From a virus (taxonomy: Duplodnaviria > Caudoviricetes), in the IMG/VR virus record IMGVR_UViG_3300021425_000032, positions 1,562 through 65,561 of that record: a stretch of 64,000 nt of DNA. The stretch is one strand, 5' to 3'. Below the pieces are notes generated by a model, which was given only the letters and a program-made list of their open reading frames with translations, was not told where the DNA came from and ran no database searches. Both the position numbers and the translations under genes were made by a program. Below, in pieces: positions 20,355-30,037 of the stretch (positions within the stretch are counted from its first letter, which is position 1; each line of letters begins with the position of its first letter).

Positions 20355-20423
20355 TTAGGTGATTAGACCCCTGAAATATGGGGTCGACACTTTGATAAAT
20401 ACTAGCAACAGGAGAAAAATAGA

Positions 20424-21050
20424 ATGGCAATCTCAACATTATCAAAAATTACAGTTCCTTTAGCGAGCGACACAAGCGCAAGCAACCAGGGACTTTTAAT
20501 GCCGAAACTACAATATCGCTTTAGAGTGACATTGGAAAACTTTGGTGTAACAAACGCAACAACAGAATTAACAAAACAAGTTATTGATGTTACCCGTCCT
20601 AACATAACATTTGAAGAAATTACACTAGACGTGTATAACTCCAGAAGTTACTTAGCAGGTAAACATACTTGGGAACCAATTACATTGAATGTACGTGATG
20701 ACGTAAGTAACAATGTACAGAAACAAGTAGGCGAGCAACTACAGAAACAGTTTGACTTCTTTGAACAGTCAAGTGCAGCAAGTGGTATTGACTACAAGTT
20801 CCTAACACGTATTGAAGTATTAGACGGTGGTAACGGTGCAAATGAAGTAGGTGTTTTAGAAACATTTGAACTTTATGGCTGTTTCCTAAACAATGCTAAC
20901 TACAACACATTAAACTATGCAACAAGTGATGCAGCTACTATTGCATTATCAATTAGATATGATAACGCAATCCAAACTCCAGTAGGACAAGGAGTTGGTA
21001 CTACAGTTGGCAGAACAGTCAACTCGCTAGTAACAGGCGGCGGCGTATAA
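20424..21050 (+). CDS. gp19: Tail tube protein
   Basis: Directly after the sheath; PKLQYRFRV, AGKHTWEPI, LSIRYD; TAAATA at 20396. Confidence 0.88.
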   Translation: MAISTLSKITVPLASDTSASNQGLLMPKLQYRFRVTLENFGVTNATTELTKQVIDVTRPNITFEEITLDVYNSRSYLAGKHTWEPITLNVRDDVSNNVQKQVGEQLQKQFDFFEQSSAASGIDYKFLTRIEVLDGGNGANEVGVLETFELYGCFLNNANYNTLNYATSDAATIALSIRYDNAIQTPVGQGVGTTVGRTVNSLVTGGGV

Positions 21051-21081
21051 TAAACGCTAACTAGATTGCTATTCGAATAAG

Positions 21082-21113
21082 AAAAGGAAGTCGGAAACGG
21101 CTTCCTTTTTTTT
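21082..21113 (+). terminator. Rho-independent terminator
   Basis: AAAAGGAAGTCG-GAAA-CGGCTTCCTTTT plus T run. Confidence 0.9.
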
Positions 21114-21148
21114 ATGTACGCACTTAATCCTTTAGGATAAATATTAGT

Positions 21149-22309
21149 ATGGCAAATAAGTTAAACGGATTCTTAGACAACTTTTTCGGCGGCGTTTTAA
21201 ATCCTAAGGGAAACCTAGGAGATTTTCAACATGCCGCTAGATTATATGTTGACAATGCATTTAGACTTGCTCCTAAAACTAAGTTTCTTTATTTTGTTAA
21301 TTTTAACTTTTATAAAGATGACAAACATGATGTTTTAGCAGGTTTTCCAAAAATGCAAAATAGGCATAGAGCAGAACTCAACATGCTTGTTAAAAGTGTT
21401 GATCTTCCACAATACAGATCAGCTGTTGATGTAAAAAATGCATACAACAGAAAGAAGAATGTACAAACACGTATAGACTATACTCCTGTTAGTCTTACAA
21501 TGCATGATGATAATCATGGCTTAACTACTATGCTTATGGAAGCATATTACAGATACTATTATAGAGATAGTAACATATCAGATATCACAGCAAGTTATGA
21601 TCCACGTTCAACTTACAAAGAAGCAAACGGCAGAACATATAGATTTGGTCTTGACAATGACAAAATGGTGCCTTTTTTTAAAAACATAAAACTGTATCAA
21701 TTTAGTAGACATGAATATACAGAATATACTCTTGTAAATCCTTTAATTGAAAGTTGGGGTCACGATACTATGGACCAAACAGATGGTGCCGGCGTAGCAG
21801 AAAACAAAATGACAATCAACTACGAGTCAGTATTATATAGTAGAGGTCGTGTAGGCGAAGATAGTCCTGCAACATTTGCAACAGATCATTATGATACTTC
21901 ACCAAGCCCATTAAGTGTAGCTGGCGGCGGAGTAGGCAATTTATTTGGAGGCGGCGGAATACTAGACGGTGCTTCAAGTGTATTAGGAGATATTACTAGC
22001 GGTAACTTTGGTTTAGGTAGTGTACTTACACTTGCTAACACAGTTAAAAACGCACAGAATCTTAGTTCAGACAGTCTTAAAGCAGAAGGTCTAAGTATAC
22101 TTACAGGGGCTATTGTTAACGCAGGCAAAAAAGGACCAGGCGGCTTACCGGGTATATCAGTTCCTAAATCAAATGGCAATGGCGGAAGTGCAAATATTAC
22201 ATCTGCCACATCAAATAGTGCAACAAATAATTCTGCACTTTCAGCGGCTAAAGTTGCTGCAGCACAAGCCGCAAATAACTTACCTATCACAACGGATGGT
22301 GGTACATAA
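21149..22309 (+). CDS. Tail tube-like baseplate/tube initiator protein (gp54/gp48-like)
   Basis: VKSVDLP, YNRK, YTPVSLTMHDD tube-family pattern; position after the tube gene. Confidence 0.6.
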   Translation: MANKLNGFLDNFFGGVLNPKGNLGDFQHAARLYVDNAFRLAPKTKFLYFVNFNFYKDDKHDVLAGFPKMQNRHRAELNMLVKSVDLPQYRSAVDVKNAYNRKKNVQTRIDYTPVSLTMHDDNHGLTTMLMEAYYRYYYRDSNISDITASYDPRSTYKEANGRTYRFGLDNDKMVPFFKNIKLYQFSRHEYTEYTLVNPLIESWGHDTMDQTDGAGVAENKMTINYESVLYSRGRVGEDSPATFATDHYDTSPSPLSVAGGGVGNLFGGGGILDGASSVLGDITSGNFGLGSVLTLANTVKNAQNLSSDSLKAEGLSILTGAIVNAGKKGPGGLPGISVPKSNGNGGSANITSATSNSATNNSALSAAKVAAAQAANNLPITTDGGT

Positions 22310-22689
22310 TGGCACAAGGAAACTTACCACAAAAAGGTTACAACACAAGCGACGAACCTGTTAGAGAATTTTTTGATACTTATTATCAAAACAAATTAGA
22401 ATTTCCTAGCAATGATGTAGATGCTGTATTAGCATACTTTGGCAAAAGAGGTTTTGAAGATAGAGCTAGTGCAAGTGTTGCTAGTATACTTTTACAACAA
22501 GCAAAATTAGATAAAGTTCCAGTATTTAAATTACTTGATACATTAAAAGGGTTGACTGAAAGTCAACTTAGTGCATTGGTTGCAGAAGTATTAAACTATG
22601 CTAGAGGAAAAACAAGCACATTAGGTTTTCAAGTACCAGTAGAAACTAACATCGTCGAGTCCAGAAACATAGAAACGTTTGAGGACTAA
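22309..22689 (+). CDS. Hypothetical virion-module protein
   Basis: Overlapping TAATG junction within the late operon. Confidence 0.7.
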   Translation: MAQGNLPQKGYNTSDEPVREFFDTYYQNKLEFPSNDVDAVLAYFGKRGFEDRASASVASILLQQAKLDKVPVFKLLDTLKGLTESQLSALVAEVLNYARGKTSTLGFQVPVETNIVESRNIETFED

Positions 22690-22691
22690 CA

Positions 22692-23129
22692 ATGGGCAGA
22701 TTCGCTCAGGGTAAATTCAATCTAAAAAATCCTGACAAATACTCGGGCAATAAAACTCCTACATACAGAAGTAGTTGGGAATTTGCGTTTATGCGTTTTT
22801 GCGACGAACATCCCAGTGTAGCACAATGGGCTAGTGAAGCAATAAAAATTCCTTATAGACATCCTTTTACAGGAAAGCATACAATATACGTACCTGACTT
22901 CTTTATAGTATATGTAGACAAAAAAGGCAAACAAAAAGTTGAACTAATAGAAGTTAAACCAGCAAATCAAACAATCAAAGAAAAAGTAGGCAGATCAAAA
23001 GTAAATCAAGCGGCATGGGTAGTAAACCAAGCCAAATGGGGTGCAGCACAAGCATGGTGTAAACAAAAAGGTATCTTTTTTAGAATAGTAAACGAAGATG
23101 ATATTTTCCACCAGGGCAAAAGAAGATAA
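22692..23129 (+). CDS. gp4: Head completion nuclease (T4 gp4-like)
   Basis: YRSSWE, WASE, YVPDF, IEVKP, NQAKW. Confidence 0.88.
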   Translation: MGRFAQGKFNLKNPDKYSGNKTPTYRSSWEFAFMRFCDEHPSVAQWASEAIKIPYRHPFTGKHTIYVPDFFIVYVDKKGKQKVELIEVKPANQTIKEKVGRSKVNQAAWVVNQAKWGAAQAWCKQKGIFFRIVNEDDIFHQGKRR

Positions 23130-23157
23130 ATAATACTAGTAGTTAATAGGAAGCACT

Positions 23158-23652
23158 ATGACGAAAAAATTAGAAGAAATGTTAGATTTGCCAGAATCTA
23201 AAGAAATAATAGAAGAAGCAAAGGCCAAAGAAGAGTCTAAGCCAATCGCACAACATAAAGAAACGTTGCGTGATATTGCCGAGTTTGATAAAATAAGCTC
23301 AGCACTACCTGCGGTAAAAGGTTTAGGCGAAATGGCAGATACTGAACTTAACGATATTGCTGATAGAGCATTATCAGCATATGAGGATCTAATGGATCTT
23401 GGTATGAACGTTGAGTCACGTTATAGTGGTCGTGTATTTGAAGTTGCAGGAGGCATGTTAAAAACAGGGCTTGATGCAAAAATAGCAAAACTAGACAAAA
23501 AACTAAAAATGGTTGACTTACAACTTAAAAAAGAGAAAATGGATAAGGACAATGGCTCCGGCGATGATAGTATGGTCAACGGAGAAGGCTATGTTGTAAC
23601 GGATCGCAACAGTCTATTAGAGAAACTAAAAAGCGTCCAATCAGATAAATAA
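23158..23652 (+). CDS. Probable terminase small subunit
   Basis: Helical 164-aa protein with R.FEVA and DRNSLL, upstream of terL; based on position and weak motifs. Confidence 0.5.
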   Translation: MTKKLEEMLDLPESKEIIEEAKAKEESKPIAQHKETLRDIAEFDKISSALPAVKGLGEMADTELNDIADRALSAYEDLMDLGMNVESRYSGRVFEVAGGMLKTGLDAKIAKLDKKLKMVDLQLKKEKMDKDNGSGDDSMVNGEGYVVTDRNSLLEKLKSVQSDK

Positions 23653-23671
23653 TATATATAGGAAAAATACA

Positions 23672-24223
23672 ATGGCGTTTGAAAAATTTTTAGCAGAAGC
23701 AAAAAAGGTGTATCCTTTTAAAATTGGTATAGCTGGAGAACTTCCAGAAGGCTGTGAAGACATGTTAAAAACATGCTTAGAAAAGTATGGAATTAACAAT
23801 ATATCTTCAGGCAAAAAAACACCTATTCAAGAACGTCCATTAGATTTTCCACAACTACAAAATATGGAAGTTACATATTTTGAAACAGAACTTAATTATC
23901 CAACAACAACTCAAGTACTCCAAGAGTACTTAGGTCAATGCTGTGGTATAGATCAATCTTACATCATTGTTAGAAACCCAATGGAACCACAAGAGCAATA
24001 TCAAGAAGAAACACAAGACGGTGAATATGTTGCAAAACTAACTACCGAAGAACTAGAAAGCGTTGACGGCCAGAACGAAGTTGCAGGCAACAGAGTAATG
24101 GACTTGTTAAAAGAGTTAGAAACAGCTCGTAAAGAGCGTAGTTTTGATACTGTCGACGGACCAGTTGGTGAATCAAGTGATATCGACAACAGCGAAAACA
24201 CTAAAAGCGCAATAGGGAGCTAA
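23672..24223 (+). CDS. Hypothetical late protein
   Basis: TAAATA promoter and AGGA SD upstream. Confidence 0.7.
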   Translation: MAFEKFLAEAKKVYPFKIGIAGELPEGCEDMLKTCLEKYGINNISSGKKTPIQERPLDFPQLQNMEVTYFETELNYPTTTQVLQEYLGQCCGIDQSYIIVRNPMEPQEQYQEETQDGEYVAKLTTEELESVDGQNEVAGNRVMDLLKELETARKERSFDTVDGPVGESSDIDNSENTKSAIGS

Positions 24224-24225
24224 TT

Positions 24226-25089
24226 ATGAATATGAAAGATATGATTCAGCGTATGACAGATATCGAAGCTGAAAAACAACAATTAAATGAAAACGAAGCA
24301 GGTATGCCACCTATGGGTGCGCCAATGAGTGCTCCAGCAATGGACCAAGGTAATCCTGTAACAATTAATGTATCAATGAATGCTAGTGGTAAAGAACATG
24401 TAGCAGACTTACTAGACATGATGAAAAACGCAGGTCTAAATGATGCAGAACCAGTAAGTGCAAAAACACTTTCACCACGTTTAGATATGGAACGTTTAGC
24501 AGGTATTATGGATGATCCAAAAATTCCTGGTAAAGATGACGTTGAAGGCGACAAAGATTTAAAACAAGCACATTGTAATGATATAGAAAACGACGATGAG
24601 CCAGTAGAAGAATTTGCTAACTCACCTGAAGGGTCAGCAGGCGATCCGGAATACAAAGATCATCACCATATGACAAAAGATTTAAGTGGTGGTATTAACC
24701 GTAAGAAGAAACAATACAAGGCTGCACAGCCAGGCGATAATGCAATGGCTATGGAAGACATTAAATCACACTTGTATAACTTGCTTGCTGAAAAGAAAGC
24801 AAAACCAGACTACATTGATATTGACGGCGATGGCGACAAAAAAGAGCCAATGAAGAAAGCAGTCAAAGATAAAAAAGCAAAGAAAACAAACGAAGCCAAA
24901 AAAGAGTTTGAAAAAACTGGTCAAGATGGCGACGGTTCAAAAACATTTGACGAAGCAGGTTGCAAATCTGAAATGAAAAAATTAGATGCAAGCGGCTGTG
25001 CTAAACACGAAATGTATGAAAAAATGAAGAAAAAATATGGTTGCGATAAAGGAACTTTTGAAAAACTATATGCTTCATCATGCAGTTAA
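24226..25089 (+). CDS. Charged low-complexity late protein (possible internal head protein)
   Basis: D/E/K-rich; DIDGDGD loop; repeated hydrophobic-x-E motifs. Confidence 0.6.
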   Translation: MNMKDMIQRMTDIEAEKQQLNENEAGMPPMGAPMSAPAMDQGNPVTINVSMNASGKEHVADLLDMMKNAGLNDAEPVSAKTLSPRLDMERLAGIMDDPKIPGKDDVEGDKDLKQAHCNDIENDDEPVEEFANSPEGSAGDPEYKDHHHMTKDLSGGINRKKKQYKAAQPGDNAMAMEDIKSHLYNLLAEKKAKPDYIDIDGDGDKKEPMKKAVKDKKAKKTNEAKKEFEKTGQDGDGSKTFDEAGCKSEMKKLDASGCAKHEMYEKMKKKYGCDKGTFEKLYASSCS

Positions 25090-25121
25090 AACTAATAAAT
25101 TATAAAGCTCTCTAAAAACTC

Positions 25122-25149
25122 AAATAGCGACTTAGGTCGCTATTTTTTT
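25122..25149 (+). terminator. Rho-independent terminator
   Basis: AAATAGCGAC-TTAG-GTCGCTATTT plus T run. Confidence 0.9.
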
Positions 25150-25163
25150 CACTAAATATTAAT

Positions 25164-26747
25164 ATGGCAACTAAGAGTTTAGATGGTGTTCTCACCAAGA
25201 AAGCAAATCAGAAAGAAACGTTTACCGAGGTTCAAATTGAAGACCTTGCTAAATGTATGGACCCTGACACAGGATACCTTTACTTTGCAAAAAAGTTTGC
25301 GTATATTCAACACCCTGTAAAAGGTAAATTGTTGTTTGATCCATACGAATATCAACTTGGTCTTATGGACAGTTATCATAGGTTTAGATTTAACATCAAC
25401 ATGATGCCTAGACAAACAGGCAAAACTACATGTGCTAGTATCTATCTTGCTTGGTATGCAATGTTTAATCCAGATCAAACTATTCTTGTAGCGGCACACA
25501 AGTACACAGGCGCCCAAGAGATTATGGCACGTATACGTTACGTATATGAAATGTGTCCAGATCATATAAGAGCAGGCGTTACATCATACAATAAAGGCTC
25601 AATTGAATTTGAGAACGGTAGTAGAATTGTAAGCCAAACAACTACTGGAAACACTGGACGTGGTATGTCTATATCATTACTATACTGTGATGAGTTTGCA
25701 TTTGTGCAACCTAATATTGCAGAAGAATTTTGGACTTCAATATCACCTACACTAGCAACAGGTGGTCGTGCTATTATTACTAGTACACCTAACAGTGATG
25801 AAGATACATTTGCTATGATTTGGAAACAAGCAGAAGATAAATTTGACGAGCATGGTAACGAACAAGAATTGGGTATAAACGGATTTCATAGCTTTGTTGC
25901 TCAATGGGACGAACATCCTGATCGTGATGAAGAATGGAGAGAAGCAGAAATTGGTCGTATTGGTGAAGAAAAATTTAGACGCGAATACGGTTGTGAATTC
26001 TTAGTATTTGACGAGACATTAATATCAAGTATACATCTTGCTGCTATGGAAGGTCAAAGTCCTATATTAAATATGGGGCAAACACGTTGGTATAAAAAAC
26101 CTACATCAGAATATACATATGCTGTTGCACTTGACCCTAGTATGGGTACAGGTGGAGACTATGCCGCAATACAAGTGTTCGAGTTACCTAGTTATACACA
26201 GGTAGCAGAATGGCAACACAATACTACAGCAATACCAGGACAAATAAGAGTACTAGCAGATATATGCAAGTACATACAAACTGAAACAAAAAACGAAAAC
26301 GGTGTTTATTGGTCAGTAGAAAACAACGGTATTGGAGAAGCGGCACTAATCGTTATAAACGATTTTGGGGAAGAGAATATTCCAGGACTATTTGTGTCTG
26401 AACCTATTCGAAAAGGACATGTGCGTAAATTCCGTAAAGGATTTAATACAACACATGGTACAAAAATAACAGCATGTAGTAGACTTAAAACAATGATTGA
26501 AAACGACAAAATGATTGTACATAGTAAACCATTGTTATCTGAACTAAAGGCCTTTGTTGCCACAGGTTCTAGTTTCCAAGCAAAAGTAGGACATCATGAT
26601 GATTTAATATCAGCAACGTTACTTGCTATAAGAATGATGGCTGTACTTAAAGACTGGGATCCTAGAATCTATAATACATTTAATCAGGCAGAAGATTTAG
26701 AGGATTATGAACCACCAATGCCAATCTTCGTTAGTAGCAACTATTGA
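25164..26747 (+). CDS. terL: Terminase large subunit (T4 gp17-like)
   Basis: PRQTGKT Walker A, LYCDEFAF Walker B, ITSTPN, ALDPSMG, HDDLI. Confidence 0.96.
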   Translation: MATKSLDGVLTKKANQKETFTEVQIEDLAKCMDPDTGYLYFAKKFAYIQHPVKGKLLFDPYEYQLGLMDSYHRFRFNINMMPRQTGKTTCASIYLAWYAMFNPDQTILVAAHKYTGAQEIMARIRYVYEMCPDHIRAGVTSYNKGSIEFENGSRIVSQTTTGNTGRGMSISLLYCDEFAFVQPNIAEEFWTSISPTLATGGRAIITSTPNSDEDTFAMIWKQAEDKFDEHGNEQELGINGFHSFVAQWDEHPDRDEEWREAEIGRIGEEKFRREYGCEFLVFDETLISSIHLAAMEGQSPILNMGQTRWYKKPTSEYTYAVALDPSMGTGGDYAAIQVFELPSYTQVAEWQHNTTAIPGQIRVLADICKYIQTETKNENGVYWSVENNGIGEAALIVINDFGEENIPGLFVSEPIRKGHVRKFRKGFNTTHGTKITACSRLKTMIENDKMIVHSKPLLSELKAFVATGSSFQAKVGHHDDLISATLLAIRMMAVLKDWDPRIYNTFNQAEDLEDYEPPMPIFVSSNY

Positions 26748-26757
26748 TAAATACAAT

Positions 26758-28815
26758 ATGCAGAATATAGATATCATAGCAGAAGAATTGTTTTCAAAAA
26801 TCAGAGGTAGATTCCCTGGTGTAACAATTGGTGACGAAGCAGGTAATGTAACACAAGAACCTAAACAAGCAAGATTCTTTGAATTTCCGTTTAGAGAAGC
26901 AGACGCTGATGTAGGTAAAGTAAGCATAACACTATCAGAAGAAGATGGTGTTGTTGTTATGCACAATAAAGACGTAGCAGAAAACAACGTAAGCAAAAGT
27001 ACATGGTATGATTTCTTAAAAGAATTAAGACAGTTTAGCAAAAAACGTTTGTTAAATTTTACAACTAGAGACATAACAAAGTCAAACTTAGAGAAAAGAG
27101 ACTATAAATATCTTGCACAGCGATCCGGAGATAGCAACATGACAGAATCAAAATTATATGGCACATCTAAGATAAGTTATCAAGATGTTGGAGAAGCCAG
27201 ACTAATAATTAAACATAACGAAAGTATTGACCAAACTTCACCCACAGGACGTAATAGAAGCATTGGTAAAATATATGTAGAATCACCACAAGGTGAACGC
27301 TTCTTGTATCCATACAAACATTTAAGTGGTGCAAGAGCAATGGCTCGTCACGTTGCAGAAGGCGGTAATGCTTATGATGATTTTGGTAAGCATATTACAA
27401 GCCTAAGCGAAGAATTAGCAAAACTTAGAAAGTTCAAAAATTACATGGGTCGCTCTAGTGTAATGGCAGAAAGTCTAAGTGAATACATGGATGTTGTTAA
27501 AAATCGTGTTGCAACAGTAAAGAAAACAATAGAAGGATTGCAAAAACCTAACTACTACAAAGAAGCATTTGAATCATTTGAAACAACTGTACTAGAAGAA
27601 GTTCCAAGTGACGTAGCAGACAATTGGGTAGAGCAACTTACTATTAAACAGTTCAATGAAGAATTAAAAGATGTGTTTCCTTACATCTATAAACTAGTAA
27701 GTGAAGCAACTAAAGCACAAACTATTTCGCCAGAAGACTTAGTAAAAGAAGCAAAAGCAGATCCTGAAGTTGTAGCAAAGTTTGCTGATATTGCTGACAG
27801 CCAGCGTTCATATTATATTATGAAGTGGGCAGAGAAAAAAGGTATCGACGGTGACGAAGCAATGGAACTTGCTGGTTACGAGCGTGGTGATTACATGGGA
27901 GCAGGATCTTACATGTGGAACTACGTTGGTGAAGAAATGCAAGAAAAGGGCGCAATCAAAGACAAATATCTAAAGACAAAAGAAGAAGCAGATTTAGAAA
28001 ATGGCTTTGAAGAGATGATGGGCCAGTTTGCAGATGAAAGTTTTGATCCAGCAATGGAGCCAAGCAGACAAGCTGAACTAGCAGACGAATTAATGACAGC
28101 ATATGAAAAAGGTGGCGAAGAAGAATTAGCAAAAGCAATGGGTCTAAGCATAGAAGAATTAGACCAAGAAATAAATGAGTACGGCATGGAACACGGCTTA
28201 CACGCTGACGACGATAGAGATGATATTATCCAAGGCGTTATTGAACAAATGATCGATAATATGGACGAAGGTAACACTAACGAAGGCATGGGTATAATGA
28301 GTGCATTAGATGCTATTTTGAAGAAAGATCCAGGCGACGAAGGTATCGGTTATGTGTTTGACAAATTTGCAAGCAGAATGTCTGATGAAGATGCAGATGA
28401 ACTTGCAAAACAATTAGCAGAATTTTATCCAGAATGGTACGAACTCCACTATCAACACGAAGGCAATGCATACGCACACGCTGTAAAGAAAGCCAAAATG
28501 AATGGCAAGAAAAAAGGCGATAAGATAGACGGTCCAGACGGCGACGAAATAACACTTGAAAAGGACGAAAAGACACCATTAGGCGAATTCATACTTTCAT
28601 ACTACGATAGAGAAACAGGCGAATTTCCAAAAGGCGAAACAGCAGTACTAACTATGGTAGAAAAAGATTACGGTGAAGAGTTTATTGAACCAGCAAAAAC
28701 TTTCATCGAAAAAGTCAATCAAACTTTTGAAGAGTTTCAAATGAGAGTAAATCCTCAACAAATGGAAACAGACTCAGAGTATGATCGAATGAGAGAATTA
28801 GCGGGACTTCGTTAA
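26758..28815 (+). CDS. Large acidic late protein of unknown function
   Basis: Start moved to 26758 (TAAATA-CAAT-ATG); GARAMARHV..GG..YDDFG; ends RMRELAGL. Confidence 0.7.
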   Translation: MQNIDIIAEELFSKIRGRFPGVTIGDEAGNVTQEPKQARFFEFPFREADADVGKVSITLSEEDGVVVMHNKDVAENNVSKSTWYDFLKELRQFSKKRLLNFTTRDITKSNLEKRDYKYLAQRSGDSNMTESKLYGTSKISYQDVGEARLIIKHNESIDQTSPTGRNRSIGKIYVESPQGERFLYPYKHLSGARAMARHVAEGGNAYDDFGKHITSLSEELAKLRKFKNYMGRSSVMAESLSEYMDVVKNRVATVKKTIEGLQKPNYYKEAFESFETTVLEEVPSDVADNWVEQLTIKQFNEELKDVFPYIYKLVSEATKAQTISPEDLVKEAKADPEVVAKFADIADSQRSYYIMKWAEKKGIDGDEAMELAGYERGDYMGAGSYMWNYVGEEMQEKGAIKDKYLKTKEEADLENGFEEMMGQFADESFDPAMEPSRQAELADELMTAYEKGGEEELAKAMGLSIEELDQEINEYGMEHGLHADDDRDDIIQGVIEQMIDNMDEGNTNEGMGIMSALDAILKKDPGDEGIGYVFDKFASRMSDEDADELAKQLAEFYPEWYELHYQHEGNAYAHAVKKAKMNGKKKGDKIDGPDGDEITLEKDEKTPLGEFILSYYDRETGEFPKGETAVLTMVEKDYGEEFIEPAKTFIEKVNQTFEEFQMRVNPQQMETDSEYDRMRELAGLR

Positions 28816-28843
28816 TTTTTTCACTTTAAAGTCAAAAAAACAC

Positions 28844-28937
28844 TTGACTTTATAAATATATGAGTGTAACATGTAATACATGTGTTATACTTTTTAGGCA
28901 CATAAATAACCATAAAGGCATATAGGAGGCATAAATT
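28844..28937 (+). promoter_or_regulatory. gp32 control region: TTGACT-17-TAACAT, TATAAATA, hairpin and AGGCA repeats
   Basis: TTGACT 28844, TATAAATA 28851, hairpin 28863-28891, AGGCA at 28896/28916/28927. Confidence 0.65.
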
Positions 28938-29936
28938 ATGGCATCATTAGCAGAAATCCGAGCAAAGCTCAAACAACAAGAAGCCAATACTGGCGGAAAC
29001 AGAGGTCCAAGCGGCCCGAACCCAATTTACCCATTTTGGAATATGAAAGAAGGCGAGAGTTCAACTCTACGTTTCCTTCCTGACGGTAACCCAGATAACA
29101 CATTTTTCTGGGCAGAACGTTTGATGATCAAACTTCCATTTGCTGGTGTAAAAGGCGAAACAGACTCACGTCCTGTACAAGTACAAATTCCATGTATGGA
29201 AATGTATGGCGAAACCTGTAACATTCTTAACGAAGTACGTGGTTGGTTTAAAGATCCAAGTCTAGAAGACATGGGTAGAAAGTATTGGAAAAAGCGTTCA
29301 TACGTATTCCAAGGCTTTGTAACTGACAATCCAATTGCCGATGACGAAGCACCTGAAAATCCAATCAGACGTTTTATTATTGGACCACAAATCTTCCAAA
29401 TCATCAAGCAAGCATTGATGGACCCAGACATGGAAGAATTGCCAACAGATTACACAGCAGGTGTAGACTTCCGTCTTAACAAAACTAGCAAAGGTGGTTA
29501 TGCAGATTATTCCACGTCAACATGGGCTCGTAGAGAGCGTCCATTAGGCGATGCTGAAATGAATGCTGTAAACACACATGGCTTGTTTAATCTAAGTGAC
29601 TTTTTACCTAAGAAGCCAGATGAGACGGCTGTCAAAGTTATGCAAGAGATGTTTGAAGCATCAGTAGACGGCGAAGCGTATGACGCAGAACGTTGGAGTC
29701 AATACTTCCGTCCTGCAGGTATGCAAGCACGTACAGGTGATCCGCAAGTAGCGGCAAGCCCAGCGGCAACAGCAACATCTCGTTCACCAGAGCCAGTAGC
29801 AGAGGCTGCACCAGCAGCACCAGCGCCGGCACCTGAACCAGTAGCAGAAGCAGCACCAGCTGCAGAAGCAACTCCTGCACCTGAAGGTAATGCAAGTGAC
29901 ATACTTGCAATGATTCGTAGCAGACAGAATCAGTAA
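28938..29936 (+). CDS. gp32: Single-stranded DNA-binding protein (gp32-like)
   Basis: LRFLPD, YWKKRSY, GVDFRL.K...GGYADYS, Ala/Pro linker, DILAMIRSR end; precedes uvsX. Confidence 0.88.
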   Translation: MASLAEIRAKLKQQEANTGGNRGPSGPNPIYPFWNMKEGESSTLRFLPDGNPDNTFFWAERLMIKLPFAGVKGETDSRPVQVQIPCMEMYGETCNILNEVRGWFKDPSLEDMGRKYWKKRSYVFQGFVTDNPIADDEAPENPIRRFIIGPQIFQIIKQALMDPDMEELPTDYTAGVDFRLNKTSKGGYADYSTSTWARRERPLGDAEMNAVNTHGLFNLSDFLPKKPDETAVKVMQEMFEASVDGEAYDAERWSQYFRPAGMQARTGDPQVAASPAATATSRSPEPVAEAAPAAPAPAPEPVAEAAPAAEATPAPEGNASDILAMIRSRQNQ

Positions 29937-30037
29937 TAAAATATGCTTCTACTAGTTAACCCGGATACAGAGATTCACGGTTTACCTGTCAACGTACCAA
30001 ACACTAGTAGAAGCAAAACTTTCATATAGGAGATATA

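Noticed and set aside
20366-20385. GACCCC/GGGGTC hairpin after the sheath gene as a terminator
   Set aside because: No adjacent U tract; more likely an mRNA stability hairpin, and unremarkable.
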